Of a stretch of 64,000 bases of DNA, positions 9,909 to 17,796 are shown piece after piece. A program made the translations under genes and the position numbers. The notes beneath the pieces were generated by a model, which saw nothing but the letters and a program-made list of their open reading frames with translations, was not told the origin of the DNA and did not search any database. This DNA is from an uncultured Bacteroidales bacterium (GTDB taxonomy: Bacteria; Bacteroidota; Bacteroidia; Bacteroidales; WCHB1-69). Every line of letters starts with the position of its first letter. Position 1 is the stretch's first letter. The DNA is taken from positions 93,256 through 157,255 of the forward strand of contig OMYJ01000007.1 in assembly GCA_900315245.1 (NCBI GenBank), given 5' to 3'.

Positions 9909-9960
9909 CCCCCCTGCCCTTCGGGCATCCCCCCTAAAGGGGGGAATTGGGGATTTTCGC

Positions 9961-10030
9961 ATCTTCATTCAACATTCATAATTCAGCATTCATAATTCAG
10001 CATTCATAATTCATAATTCTTAATTCTTAA
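9961..10030 (+). repeat. CATTCA(T/G)-type heptamer array
   Basis: ATTCAACATTCATAATTCAGCATTCATAATTCAGCATTCATAATTCATAATTCTTAATTCTTAA. Confidence 0.8.
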
Positions 10031-11030
10031 TGGAGTTTCGTTCCCAGAAGACGCCGTCGGCGTATCCTTGTATTGTGGGATTCGTGTCGGCGAGGAGGAG
10101 GCGTTTGGCGGTCCAGAGGCAGTATTCGCGGTTGAGTTCGACGCAGCAGAAGCGACGGTTGAGCTTCTTGGCAACGACGGCGGCGGTGCCGCTGCCGGAG
10201 AAGGGGTCGAGGATGCGGTCGTCGGGGTTGGAGGAGGCGAGGATGAGTTTGGCGTAGAGTTTCTCGGGCTTCTGCGTGGGGTGGTCGGTGTTCTCGGGCA
10301 TCGACCAGAAGGGCACGCTAATGTCGTCCCAGAAGTTGGAAGGGTGGGTGAGTCGGAATTTGCCCTCGGCGGTGTCGTCCCAGTCTTTGGGCTTCCCGTT
10401 CACTCGATATGGGGCTATCACCTTGCGTTTCATCATGACGGCATCCAGGTTGAAGGTGTGGTGTTTCGGGTCTTTCACGGCGAACCAGATGTCCTCCATG
10501 CTGTTCTTCCAGTTGGATTTCGCCCCGCGGCCCTTCTCGCGTTGCCAGGTGATGCGGTTGAGGATGGTAAGTCGCTCTTCGATAACCCGTTGCATGGAGG
10601 AGGAACATTTCCAGTCGCCGCACATGTAGAGCGTGCCAGTCGGTTTCAGCTTGTCGCACACCTTGCCGAACCAGCTGCGCAGGAATTCCTCGTATTCGTC
10701 TGATTTCATAGACGAGAACTTCCGTCCGTTGAAGTCTTTGTCGAGGTTGTAGGGCGGGTCGAGGAGGATGAGGTCGAAGTGTTTGTCGGGGATGAGGTCG
10801 AGGCATTCGAGCAGGTCGCCGTTGACGAGCATGTTGTCGCGGAAGCCCGAGCGCAGGTCGTCCGGCGTGCTGACGATCGGTTCCAGCGCGGGGACTTCCC
10901 CGGCGGTGACCGTCAGCGTCTGATTACGCGGGGCACGTCCCCCACACTGTGGCTCCGCCTTGTGTGGGGTTAATTTTGCTTCGCGCGTCTTGCCCCTCCG
11001 GGGCTGCTCAAGGAATGAATTCGTTGTCAT
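10020..11030 (-). CDS. Orphan beta-class N6-adenine/N4-cytosine DNA methyltransferase (N6_N4_Mtase family)
   Basis: Motif IV LLDPPYNL precedes motif I DPFSGSGTAAV. The track start 11075 is a TTG inside the -7 box, so the first plausible ATG is 11030 (alternative 10832). The first ~35 codons are encoded by a repeat element. No adjacent endonuclease is recognisable. Confidence 0.85.
   Translation of the reverse strand: MTTNSFLEQPRRGKTREAKLTPHKAEPQCGGRAPRNQTLTVTAGEVPALEPIVSTPDDLRSGFRDNMLVNGDLLECLDLIPDKHFDLILLDPPYNLDKDFNGRKFSSMKSDEYEEFLRSWFGKVCDKLKPTGTLYMCGDWKCSSSMQRVIEERLTILNRITWQREKGRGAKSNWKNSMEDIWFAVKDPKHHTFNLDAVMMKRKVIAPYRVNGKPKDWDDTAEGKFRLTHPSNFWDDISVPFWSMPENTDHPTQKPEKLYAKLILASSNPDDRILDPFSGSGTAAVVAKKLNRRFCCVELNREYCLWTAKRLLLADTNPTIQGYADGVFWERNSIKN
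10939..11010 (+). repeat. ~70-bp direct repeat, right copy (inside the 5' end of the methyltransferase ORF)
   Basis: CCCCCACACTGTGGCTCCGCCTTGTGTGGGGTTAATTTTGCTTCGCGCGTCTTGCCCCTCCGGGGCTGCTCA, in the same orientation as 9839..9908. Confidence 0.8.
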
Positions 11031-11064
11031 TTGCTGCCTCTTTCTCTCATGCTTTTCGAAGCCG

Positions 11065-11072
11065 CAAAGGTA
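11065..11072 (-). promoter_or_regulatory. -7 box (TACCTTTG) for the methyltransferase, possibly also feeding nqrEF
   Basis: Extended CCGCAAAGGTACA context, 35 nt upstream of ATG 11030. Confidence 0.55.
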
Positions 11073-11146
11073 CAATTTTTTGGTGTTCGTGCATAATCAT
11101 CAGAAACAACAATCGCATTTCACCTGCGCACTATCGGATTTTTTTG

Positions 11147-11154
11147 TACTTTTG
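11147..11154 (+). promoter_or_regulatory. -7 box (TACTTTTG) reading into the plus-strand island genes
   Basis: TAnnTTTG match divergent from the methyltransferase promoter. Confidence 0.45.
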
Positions 11155-11430
11155 CACCTGTAAAAATGGATAAGAACCAAACTTTATTGAATATTAGAAG
11201 AGAGAAATAGACATTTATAATTTTTTGATATAAAGCGTTTTTGCTTTTCAAGTAATCGGAAATCTGGACAATTTCCACTGTGTTACAGAAGAAGGCAGAA
11301 ATGCTCACGGTGTATCCGTGGGCTTTCTCGTTTGTAACACAGGCAGTCCAGAGCCTCCGATTAGACAGAAAGACTCACGGATTCTTTTTTGTGACAGCTC
11401 GAAAGGCGAAGCGCCCCAAACGCCAAGCCT

Positions 11431-11634
11431 ATGAGCACCAAGTTTTTCAACAATATCGAGACGAGGCTGATGGACAAATTCCACGGCATCGCCTCCGCCA
11501 TGGCCAACTTCGACATCTTCCATGCCGTGGTTGGCTATTTTCGTTCCAGCGGCTACTTCAAACTGCGCAAGGAGCTGGAGAAGGTCAGCGAAATCCGCAT
11601 CCTCGTCGGCATCAATATCGACACAATATTCTGA
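11431..11634 (+). pseudogene. N-terminal 67-codon fragment of a PLD-like-domain / SNF2-type restriction-like helicase gene
   Basis: MSTKFFNNIETRLMDKF...FDIFHAVVGYFRSSGYFKLRKELEKVSEIRILVGINID matches, from memory, the N-terminus of large PLD-helicase(-methylase) proteins. The ORF stops exactly where GC-rich sequence switches to AT-rich sequence. Confidence 0.55.
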
Positions 11635-11669
11635 AAATAATAAATACACGATTGCTTTTTAAGAAGTAG

Positions 11670-14027
11670 TTGAAACTTGCGACTATTTTTTTAGTTTTGC
11701 AAAGTCATATTCAAAAGAATTGTTTTTACAAAATATCAATAGTTGTGGAAAATTATAAACATGCTTGGCAATATGCTTTAAGAAATCAATTAAAGCACTT
11801 GCGGTCCGAAGGTGAGATATCTGAAAGAGAGTGCCTGTCTTTAATAGATGATATAATATCTTGTGATTCTGAAGCGGAATTTTATCGTCGTCATGACATG
11901 GATAACATTTTGAGTGGCGATATCATTCCTGACTTTGTCACAACTGATGATATTATCACAGATGACCTAACTATTGAAGACGAAGCACGTAAAATTGTAT
12001 TAGAGAAAAATATACAACTTATTGATGGCGTTTATTATTGTTTGAAAGAAAAAAAAGTAATCGCTATTAAGGGCGATGTAACACATTGTCATATACGAGA
12101 AGGAATTAAAGAAATCACTTACTATGCTTTTAGAAACTACTCCGAATTTGATATTCGAGATATTCTTGAGGATTATTCTGTCTTCAGTCACAATGCTTTA
12201 CTGGATATCATATTGCCTGATAGTTTAAAAAAGATAGATGACCTCGTCTTTTATAATACTAGTTTACGTAATGTTAAATTACCTGATGGTTTAGAAATGT
12301 TGGGAGAAAAAACTTTTGCTGCTAATGATTCTTTAGAAACAATTGTTTTACCAACCAAACTGCGCACAATAGGGAAAGGATGCTTTTCTAATTGTCCAAA
12401 ACTTAAGGAAGTTGAGCTTCCCCAATCGGTAAAAATGATAAAAGATGATTGTTTCAATGGCTGCACTTCTTTAGAAAAGTTTATTTTCCCTCAAACAGTG
12501 AAATCCATTGGTAAGTGCGTTTTCGAAAAATGTGTCTCTTTAAAAGAAATTGAGCTTCCTCATTCTTTGGAAACTATAGGACAAGCCGCTTTTACTAAGT
12601 GTACATCCCTACAGTCTATTATTATACCTAAAAATGTAAAAAACATTTCCGATAATGTATTTGGATATTGTTCCTCTTTAAAGAAAATTGAGTTTTTAGG
12701 GAGCTTCGACGAATTGAAGGGTGGTTTTTTTCGCAGTTGCTATTCATTGAAAGAAGTATTGTTGCCAAATAGTTTAGTAGAAATCGGCAATGCTGCTTTT
12801 AGCTCATGTATATCCTTAAAGGGCATAAAGATTCCTGACACAGTAGAATTAATAGGCTGTAACACTTTTAGAGATTGTATTTTGTTGGAGGAGTTCAGAT
12901 TTCCGAATAATCTTCAAGTTATTTTATCGCAAGCTTTTAAGGGATGCAAGAGCCTACGAGTAGTATATGCAAACAACAATATTGTAAAGATTTTTCCTAA
13001 CGCCTTTGATGATTGTAGTTCATTACAAGCCATTGTTGTTCCACCAGGATCGCTAAAACGAATGCAAAGTATCTTCCCGAAACGTGTTGCTGAAAAACTA
13101 GTAGAAATAGACCAGTTTCGGCCAGAAACTATTGTTGCTGTGCAACTTTATAAGAAAGATTATGTAATTAACAATATCAATCGTTCTTTTTTGAATAGTT
13201 TTCCGTGGAAGTATATTAATACCAACAATGTTACTCTCTTGCATCCCAATTACGTAGTTGGGCCTTGTCCAAAGCACCTTATTTATGAACGGGAAGATTT
13301 ATTGTCTCTTGAAACAAAGTACCAAGATTATTATTATAAGATTCAAAATGATTTTATACGAGGAACATTTTACAATCTCGATGACGAAATGTATAAGACG
13401 TATGCTTTCATACTATTTTTCGACTTAATTGCATCATACAGAGACAATAAAGATTTGAGTAAATTGCTTAATCAATTAGAAATTGTGCGTATTTCCTGTC
13501 CTATAATAGGGGATTATGTCCCAGAAAAGCTAATGACAATAATAGATTATAAACAATTGACTGGCACCTCTAAATTAATGATTCTTAAGGCTTTTCCGGG
13601 TTTTCGAGGCATGATGTCCATAAAGGACTATGCCCTGTTGGTGTTAAATTATTCTGATTCTCAAATAATCAAATTGAAAATACTGGAAGACGTTCAGATT
13701 TGTGAAATACAATTGTTGAAGTCTTATGAGAAAAGATACAAAGTGACACAAGGAGAGATTATAAAAGAAACGATAGATCTTGTGCTGCAAGTCGCCGGAA
13801 AATATGATGATTTTTCAAAGGCAGCGTTGTTGGCAGCAAAAAGGCAAAAAATCACATCTCTAACAGAGATAGGTTCGAGATTTTTGCGCAGATGCTTTCA
13901 GGAAGTGCTTCGTAATCATAATCCAAATATTATTTATGGTGATGGGATAGGATATGGAGATTGTGGAATTGAGAAAATTGATGAATACCTAAAGGAAATC
14001 ATGGAATCGAACACGCCGATTCACTGA
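11670..14027 (+). CDS. Signal-peptide-less BspA-type leucine-rich-repeat (LRR_5) protein with an unknown ~320-aa C-terminal domain
   Basis: About 11 repeats of the form LP.SL..IG..AF..C.SL..I.IP. The start is uncertain: TTG 11670 or the first in-frame ATG at 11898. AT-rich. No signal peptide or TM is visible. Confidence 0.75.
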   Translation: MKLATIFLVLQSHIQKNCFYKISIVVENYKHAWQYALRNQLKHLRSEGEISERECLSLIDDIISCDSEAEFYRRHDMDNILSGDIIPDFVTTDDIITDDLTIEDEARKIVLEKNIQLIDGVYYCLKEKKVIAIKGDVTHCHIREGIKEITYYAFRNYSEFDIRDILEDYSVFSHNALLDIILPDSLKKIDDLVFYNTSLRNVKLPDGLEMLGEKTFAANDSLETIVLPTKLRTIGKGCFSNCPKLKEVELPQSVKMIKDDCFNGCTSLEKFIFPQTVKSIGKCVFEKCVSLKEIELPHSLETIGQAAFTKCTSLQSIIIPKNVKNISDNVFGYCSSLKKIEFLGSFDELKGGFFRSCYSLKEVLLPNSLVEIGNAAFSSCISLKGIKIPDTVELIGCNTFRDCILLEEFRFPNNLQVILSQAFKGCKSLRVVYANNNIVKIFPNAFDDCSSLQAIVVPPGSLKRMQSIFPKRVAEKLVEIDQFRPETIVAVQLYKKDYVINNINRSFLNSFPWKYINTNNVTLLHPNYVVGPCPKHLIYEREDLLSLETKYQDYYYKIQNDFIRGTFYNLDDEMYKTYAFILFFDLIASYRDNKDLSKLLNQLEIVRISCPIIGDYVPEKLMTIIDYKQLTGTSKLMILKAFPGFRGMMSIKDYALLVLNYSDSQIIKLKILEDVQICEIQLLKSYEKRYKVTQGEIIKETIDLVLQVAGKYDDFSKAALLAAKRQKITSLTEIGSRFLRRCFQEVLRNHNPNIIYGDGIGYGDCGIEKIDEYLKEIMESNTPIH

Positions 14028-14072
14028 GCATACTGATTAAAAATAGGCGTGATGCTCTTTCTTTCTTTTATT
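14026..14072 (+). terminator. Candidate terminator after the LRR gene
   Basis: GAGCATAC...GTGATGCTC imperfect stem followed by TTTCTTTCTTTTATT. Confidence 0.4.
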
Positions 14073-14247
14073 AGTTGAAGCTTGGAGTTGCATATTCCGG
14101 CGATACCCGTTGGAGTTTTTGAGTTTGCGGAAAATTAGTCAAATATCTTATGAAAAAGAAAAACGATAACAAATACCGAAAATCAATACAATCAATATGT
14201 GATTGAGGTAATATCATAATCTCAAACACAATGGGGATTTACTACAG

Positions 14248-14469
14248 TTGGATAAGGTTCAATTTCTTACAGTCCCGTTATACTGTCCTTCTACTAAGCA
14301 ACAAACACTCGTTGTCGCTTTGGTTGACAAAATCATTGATGCTAAGAAGTCCAATCCTTCGGCTGATACCTCCGCGTTGGAGCGTGAGATTGACGAGTTG
14401 GTGTACGAGTTGTATCAATTGTCACCTGAAGAGATTGCCACAACAGAGGGTTATTGTACACAGAATTAA
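14248..14469 (+). pseudogene. C-terminal fragment of a type IIG / Eco57I-like restriction-modification methyltransferase
   Basis: ...LVVALVDKIIDAKKSNPSADTSALEREIDELVYELYQLSPEEI is the characteristic C-terminal tail of gamma-class RM/BREX-type methylases (from memory). No upstream catalytic region is present. Confidence 0.55.
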
Positions 14470-14548
14470 AATAATAGTGTAAATCGCTGTGTGATTTCTT
14501 GTTCAAAAGGTCTATTCACCTGTAATTTACTGCAATTTGGTTGATAAG

Positions 14549-14594
14549 AAATAGCATTTTTTTCTGACAATTCACGAATTAAATGCTATTTTTG
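14549..14594 (+). promoter_or_regulatory. -7 box (TATTTTTG, 14587..14594) embedded in an 11-bp inverted repeat
   Basis: AAATAGCATTT (14549..14559) and AAATGCTATTT (14581..14591) are perfect reverse complements. The right arm overlaps the -7 box. Confidence 0.5.
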
Positions 14595-14631
14595 TGAAAT
14601 AATCAACCTAACGAAAGGAGGTATAAAAGAA

Positions 14632-14757
14632 ATGGCAAAAAAAGTACCATCAAGAAGAGTCGCATCTCTTGCAGCTCGTGCGTTAAGAAATCGCAAATCA
14701 AGCAGAGCCTTAAAAAGTTTGGCGGGAAGTGTGCTTTCACAGCGAGAAAAGAGATAA
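14632..14757 (+). CDS. 41-aa Arg/Lys-rich micro-ORF (MAKKVPSRRVASLAARALRNRKSSRALKSLAGSVLSQREKR)
   Basis: Not in the track because it is <60 aa. ATG is preceded by AAAGGAGG at -18..-11 and by a TAnnTTTG box at 14587..14594. Coding status is unproven. Confidence 0.3.
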   Translation: MAKKVPSRRVASLAARALRNRKSSRALKSLAGSVLSQREKR

Positions 14758-14801
14758 AGCAATAAAAATGTTTATAATTCTAACAATTAAATCTAAGTAA
14801 C

Positions 14802-15224
14802 ATGGATAGTAGCAAATTAAAAGATCTTATCGTGACTTTGCTCATAGAAGAGTCATCAAAAGTTGGGAACAGATTCACGTTTGATGCCTGCGCAACACCG
14901 ATAAAAGAATCAACGTCTGATGATGTTGAGCGCGTACTGCATTCGTTGGCGCAAGATGGATTCATCAATTGTGATGATTTATTAGAAAACAACTACTTTA
15001 TAACATTAAACCAGTCAATTTTTGATTTGAAAGAGCGCGGCGGGTTTTCAATGCAACTTGAAATCCTAAAGTTGAGATTTGAGAAACTACAAATAGAGGT
15101 TGAAAAACTTGAGAAAGAAGACTTCGAAAAAAGCTCCATGAAAGTTTCCGCGTTTCGTGACATTACGGGAATATTGAGCTCTCTTATCAATATCGTTTCT
15201 GCCATTGCAGATTCTTACAAATAA
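14802..15224 (+). CDS. Hypothetical protein (possible wHTH-like N-terminus, coiled coil, hydrophobic C-terminal helix)
   Basis: AT-rich ORF with a 12-nt gap to the next ORF. LEILKLRFEKLQIEVEKLEKEDFEK coiled coil. C-terminal ITGILSSLINIVSAIA. No family recognised. Confidence 0.55.
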   Translation: MDSSKLKDLIVTLLIEESSKVGNRFTFDACATPIKESTSDDVERVLHSLAQDGFINCDDLLENNYFITLNQSIFDLKERGGFSMQLEILKLRFEKLQIEVEKLEKEDFEKSSMKVSAFRDITGILSSLINIVSAIADSYK

Positions 15225-15236
15225 AATAATCATACA

Positions 15237-16073
15237 ATGAAGACATTTCAAGATAATAACAAAAATGAATGCCCTAAACCAGGAATTCGTCAGAGGTGTT
15301 TTCGACACTCGATTTTTAAAACGCTATCTGATATTAAGGACTTTTATGAAAGTTTGTCTGGGAATGATGATACATCTACTATTCTCGCAATTAAGGGTGA
15401 AATCAACGTTAACTGGAGCATTCTTGAATCTCTTTCTAATACTATTGACTCCATAATAACATTGTTGGAAAGAGGTCATGTGAATGACTCGCTTGCCTTA
15501 ATGAGAAAATACAGCGATGCTGTCTTTTTGCATGTTTACATGCTTGTGCTAATAGAACAAGGAGAACAAAACTTTTTCGAAAAAGAATATGCAGATATCT
15601 ATGACAATGTCCTTAACCAATGGGTTAGAGGGGAAAGTTGTTTGATTGAGAAAAAGGACAAAGATGAGAAAACAGACGCTTATTTAGCAGAAATACGAAA
15701 ACGAGACGCTATATTAACCAAGCTGTTGTTTACAAAAGGCAATAAAACATTGTATGGAGAAGGTAGGGCTTCTTTTAACGACAACATTCATTACAACAAC
15801 TTGAAATCGTTTCGGTGGAACAATAATGCCTTTTTGGATTATGAAACATGTTTAACTGTACTGAATCAAGCAGAAAAAGCAATCAAACTTATTTTGAGCA
15901 TTCATTTCGCTTACATAACTCTATTGCGCCCAATGGCTTTGAAATCAGAAGAGGTTGGATCTTGTGCGGCCAATCCTTTCGCAGACGAAATTTTCAAGAA
16001 GTATATTGTTCCTGAATACTGCGAGTTAGCCAGTTACTTGAGACATTGTTCTTTTTTAACATTCGAAGAGTGA
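15237..16073 (+). CDS. Hypothetical all-alpha protein
   Basis: 278-aa AT-rich ORF tightly linked to 14802..15224. No family recognised. A loose resemblance to AbiV/HEPN-like helical proteins is only a guess. Confidence 0.55.
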   Translation: MKTFQDNNKNECPKPGIRQRCFRHSIFKTLSDIKDFYESLSGNDDTSTILAIKGEINVNWSILESLSNTIDSIITLLERGHVNDSLALMRKYSDAVFLHVYMLVLIEQGEQNFFEKEYADIYDNVLNQWVRGESCLIEKKDKDEKTDAYLAEIRKRDAILTKLLFTKGNKTLYGEGRASFNDNIHYNNLKSFRWNNNAFLDYETCLTVLNQAEKAIKLILSIHFAYITLLRPMALKSEEVGSCAANPFADEIFKKYIVPEYCELASYLRHCSFLTFEE

Positions 16074-16118
16074 CCGACTATAACTATCTTCGTGTCTATT
16101 CTATAAAATCAAACTATT

Positions 16119-16424
16119 ATGAACCAAAACGACCCGCGCATCACCGAATATCAAAACGACTTACAGCGCTATCAATCTTGGGGAAATTTATTCCTCGGTT
16201 TCTCTTTTGGTAGCTTCTTCTCCCCAAACGTGCCGTGCGATTCGCTAACCCTTCACAACGGCTTAGAGTATCTCAAAGCCAAAATGAAACTAAACGCCTT
16301 TAACAGCCAACATCATTCGGACGAGGAAATCGAGCACCGTTTGCGACAAATCGATACGGACATCCGCCATGTGGAGGAGGCCCTGCGGAACGACCTCTCC
16401 TTCCGAGGCCTGCTCCGTCCGTAA
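16119..16424 (+). CDS. Small hypothetical protein whose 3' half belongs to the island composite repeat
   Basis: 101 aa. Hydrophobic WGNLFLGFSFGSFFSP. The C-terminus HRLRQIDTDIRHVEEALRNDLSFRGLLRP recurs at 19500..19609, and a paralogous tail recurs at 16800..16887. Confidence 0.45.
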   Translation: MNQNDPRITEYQNDLQRYQSWGNLFLGFSFGSFFSPNVPCDSLTLHNGLEYLKAKMKLNAFNSQHHSDEEIEHRLRQIDTDIRHVEEALRNDLSFRGLLRP

Positions 16425-16887
16425 CCGCCGTCACGCGCCTCCCTGCCTACACCGGCGTCAACCGCCACGCCTCCGGCATCCGCATCGAGCTGATGGACAG
16501 CATGGTGCCGGTGGAAGCACTGGTGTGCGGGGTGAATCATCCCCGTCAGGGGATGCCTGTCTGTAGCGGATGCCCATGCGCGGGTTCAAATCCCCGGAGG
16601 GGATTCATGTTCAGCGGGTTGCCGAAACATTGTTGTGCCCGATGTGCAACCCCTCACGGGGTTGTGGGGGCTGCCGCATCGCCAACGGCTACAGACAGGG
16701 AACCCCTAACGGGGTTCGGGGGTGCGGTCGGGAACGTCCTCGCGCTACAGATATGGAAGCCCTGACGGGCTTTGGAAGGATACGGAAACGAGCCCATCAC
16801 CGCCTTGCCGAAATCGACGACGACATTCGCAAGGCCGAGGAGGTTTTCCGCTACGACCTCTCCTTCCTCAGGCGGTTGGAAACATGA
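16281..16887 (+). repeat. Island composite repeat copy A (alpha + beta units)
   Basis: Alpha ~16281..16623 aligns with 19469..19813. Beta ~16624..16887 aligns with 20980..21200. It is made of short perfect hairpins such as ATCCCC-GTCA-GGGGAT. Confidence 0.85.
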
Positions 16888-17047
16888 ATGCCCTAGTTCC
16901 ATATAATATAATAAGAACGCCCTGTTGCCACTATCGCACGTCGGGAATCCCATCCAAGTGGAAAATGCATTCCGTTAACAATGCGAATAGCAGATTTCAA
17001 AAATAATTCCAATCATCCAATATTTATTGCATAGAACAAAAAAAATG

Positions 17048-17055
17048 TATTTTTG
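17048..17055 (+). promoter_or_regulatory. -7 box (TATTTTTG) for the DUF4062/AlbA_2 pair
   Basis: TAnnTTTG match 80 nt upstream of ATG 17135. A GCAAGC/GCTTGC hairpin lies in the leader. Confidence 0.55.
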
Positions 17056-17134
17056 CAATTGCAAGCCGAGTTCGTTTACTCAGCTTGCATGAACTAATTT
17101 GGTGTAGTCATTGAATGTTTATTGAATCGGTGTG

Positions 17135-17794
17135 ATGGTAGAAAAGGACAAATTTACGGTGATGGTGAGTTCATCAGTGAACGGATTTGAAGATCAATTG
17201 CTTCGCATTGAGGCACAATTCATCACGTTGGAATATGATGTAATAATGTCAATGTCGGGTTCAATGAAGGTTGACCCAAGACTGCACAACTTTGACAATT
17301 GCTTAAAAGCCGTTGAAGAGTGTGATCTGTTTTTTGGAATTATCAGACCTGATTGCGGTACAGGCAGAGACGGAAGTGAAAGTATTACCTTTCAAGAATT
17401 TAAACATGCTCGGGAATGTCATAAACCTTGTTGGTATGTGATTGATAATCGAATTAAAACATACAAGAATTTGCTGAAATCTTTAGTTCTGCGTGAACAT
17501 CCAGACACAAAAGATGAAGATTTGAACAAAGCCATCACATCTTTCTATGATAACACTATAAGACAAAGGAGGAAACTTCCAAGAGTGTTGGATCTTTTTG
17601 AGACCAAAGACTTACATCAGTTTGATCCTTTATGTTTTGTTATGGAAGATTTTGTGAACCACAAAGGTTTACCTAAAGAAGAAATCACCAATAATTGGAT
17701 GCACTATTATGACCATGAATTGGATATCGCAAAATATATCCGTACAAATTTTGGGGACAAGGTATTCATTGCTAATGTATTAAAAGAATTTTGA
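17135..17794 (+). CDS. DUF4062-like (TIR / nucleoside deoxyribosyltransferase-like fold) protein
   Basis: FTVMVSSSVNGFEDQL...CLKAVEECDLFFGIIRPDCGTG...ITFQEFKHARECHKPCWYVI follows the DUF4062 pattern (vFiSS...DL..eR...cD.fv.i.G.rYG...S.te.Ey..A...kp...f). GTG 17132 / ATG 17135. TAnnTTTG box at 17048..17055. Confidence 0.6.
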   Translation: MVEKDKFTVMVSSSVNGFEDQLLRIEAQFITLEYDVIMSMSGSMKVDPRLHNFDNCLKAVEECDLFFGIIRPDCGTGRDGSESITFQEFKHARECHKPCWYVIDNRIKTYKNLLKSLVLREHPDTKDEDLNKAITSFYDNTIRQRRKLPRVLDLFETKDLHQFDPLCFVMEDFVNHKGLPKEEITNNWMHYYDHELDIAKYIRTNFGDKVFIANVLKEF

Positions 17795-17796
17795 TT

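Noticed and set aside
16560-16600. tRNA-like T-loop sequence (GCGCGGGTTCAAATCCCCGG) in every alpha repeat copy (also ~19760 and ~20930), suggesting tRNA genes or tRNA-derived att sites
   Set aside because: The flanking bases do not form a proper 5-bp T-stem, and I could not fold an acceptor, D or anticodon arm. It is at most a distant tRNA-3'-end relic. No tRNA gene is called.
16493-16887. Track ORFs running through the composite repeats (16493..16765, 16570..16887, 16654..16953, 19488..19730, 20906..21298, 20998..21357, 21154..21399, 9780..9995)
   Set aside because: They are Pro/Arg/Gly-rich translations of GC-rich hairpin repeats. They occur in several overlapping frames and on both strands and have no start context. 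Only the short conserved ...DLSF... tails look like former coding sequence.
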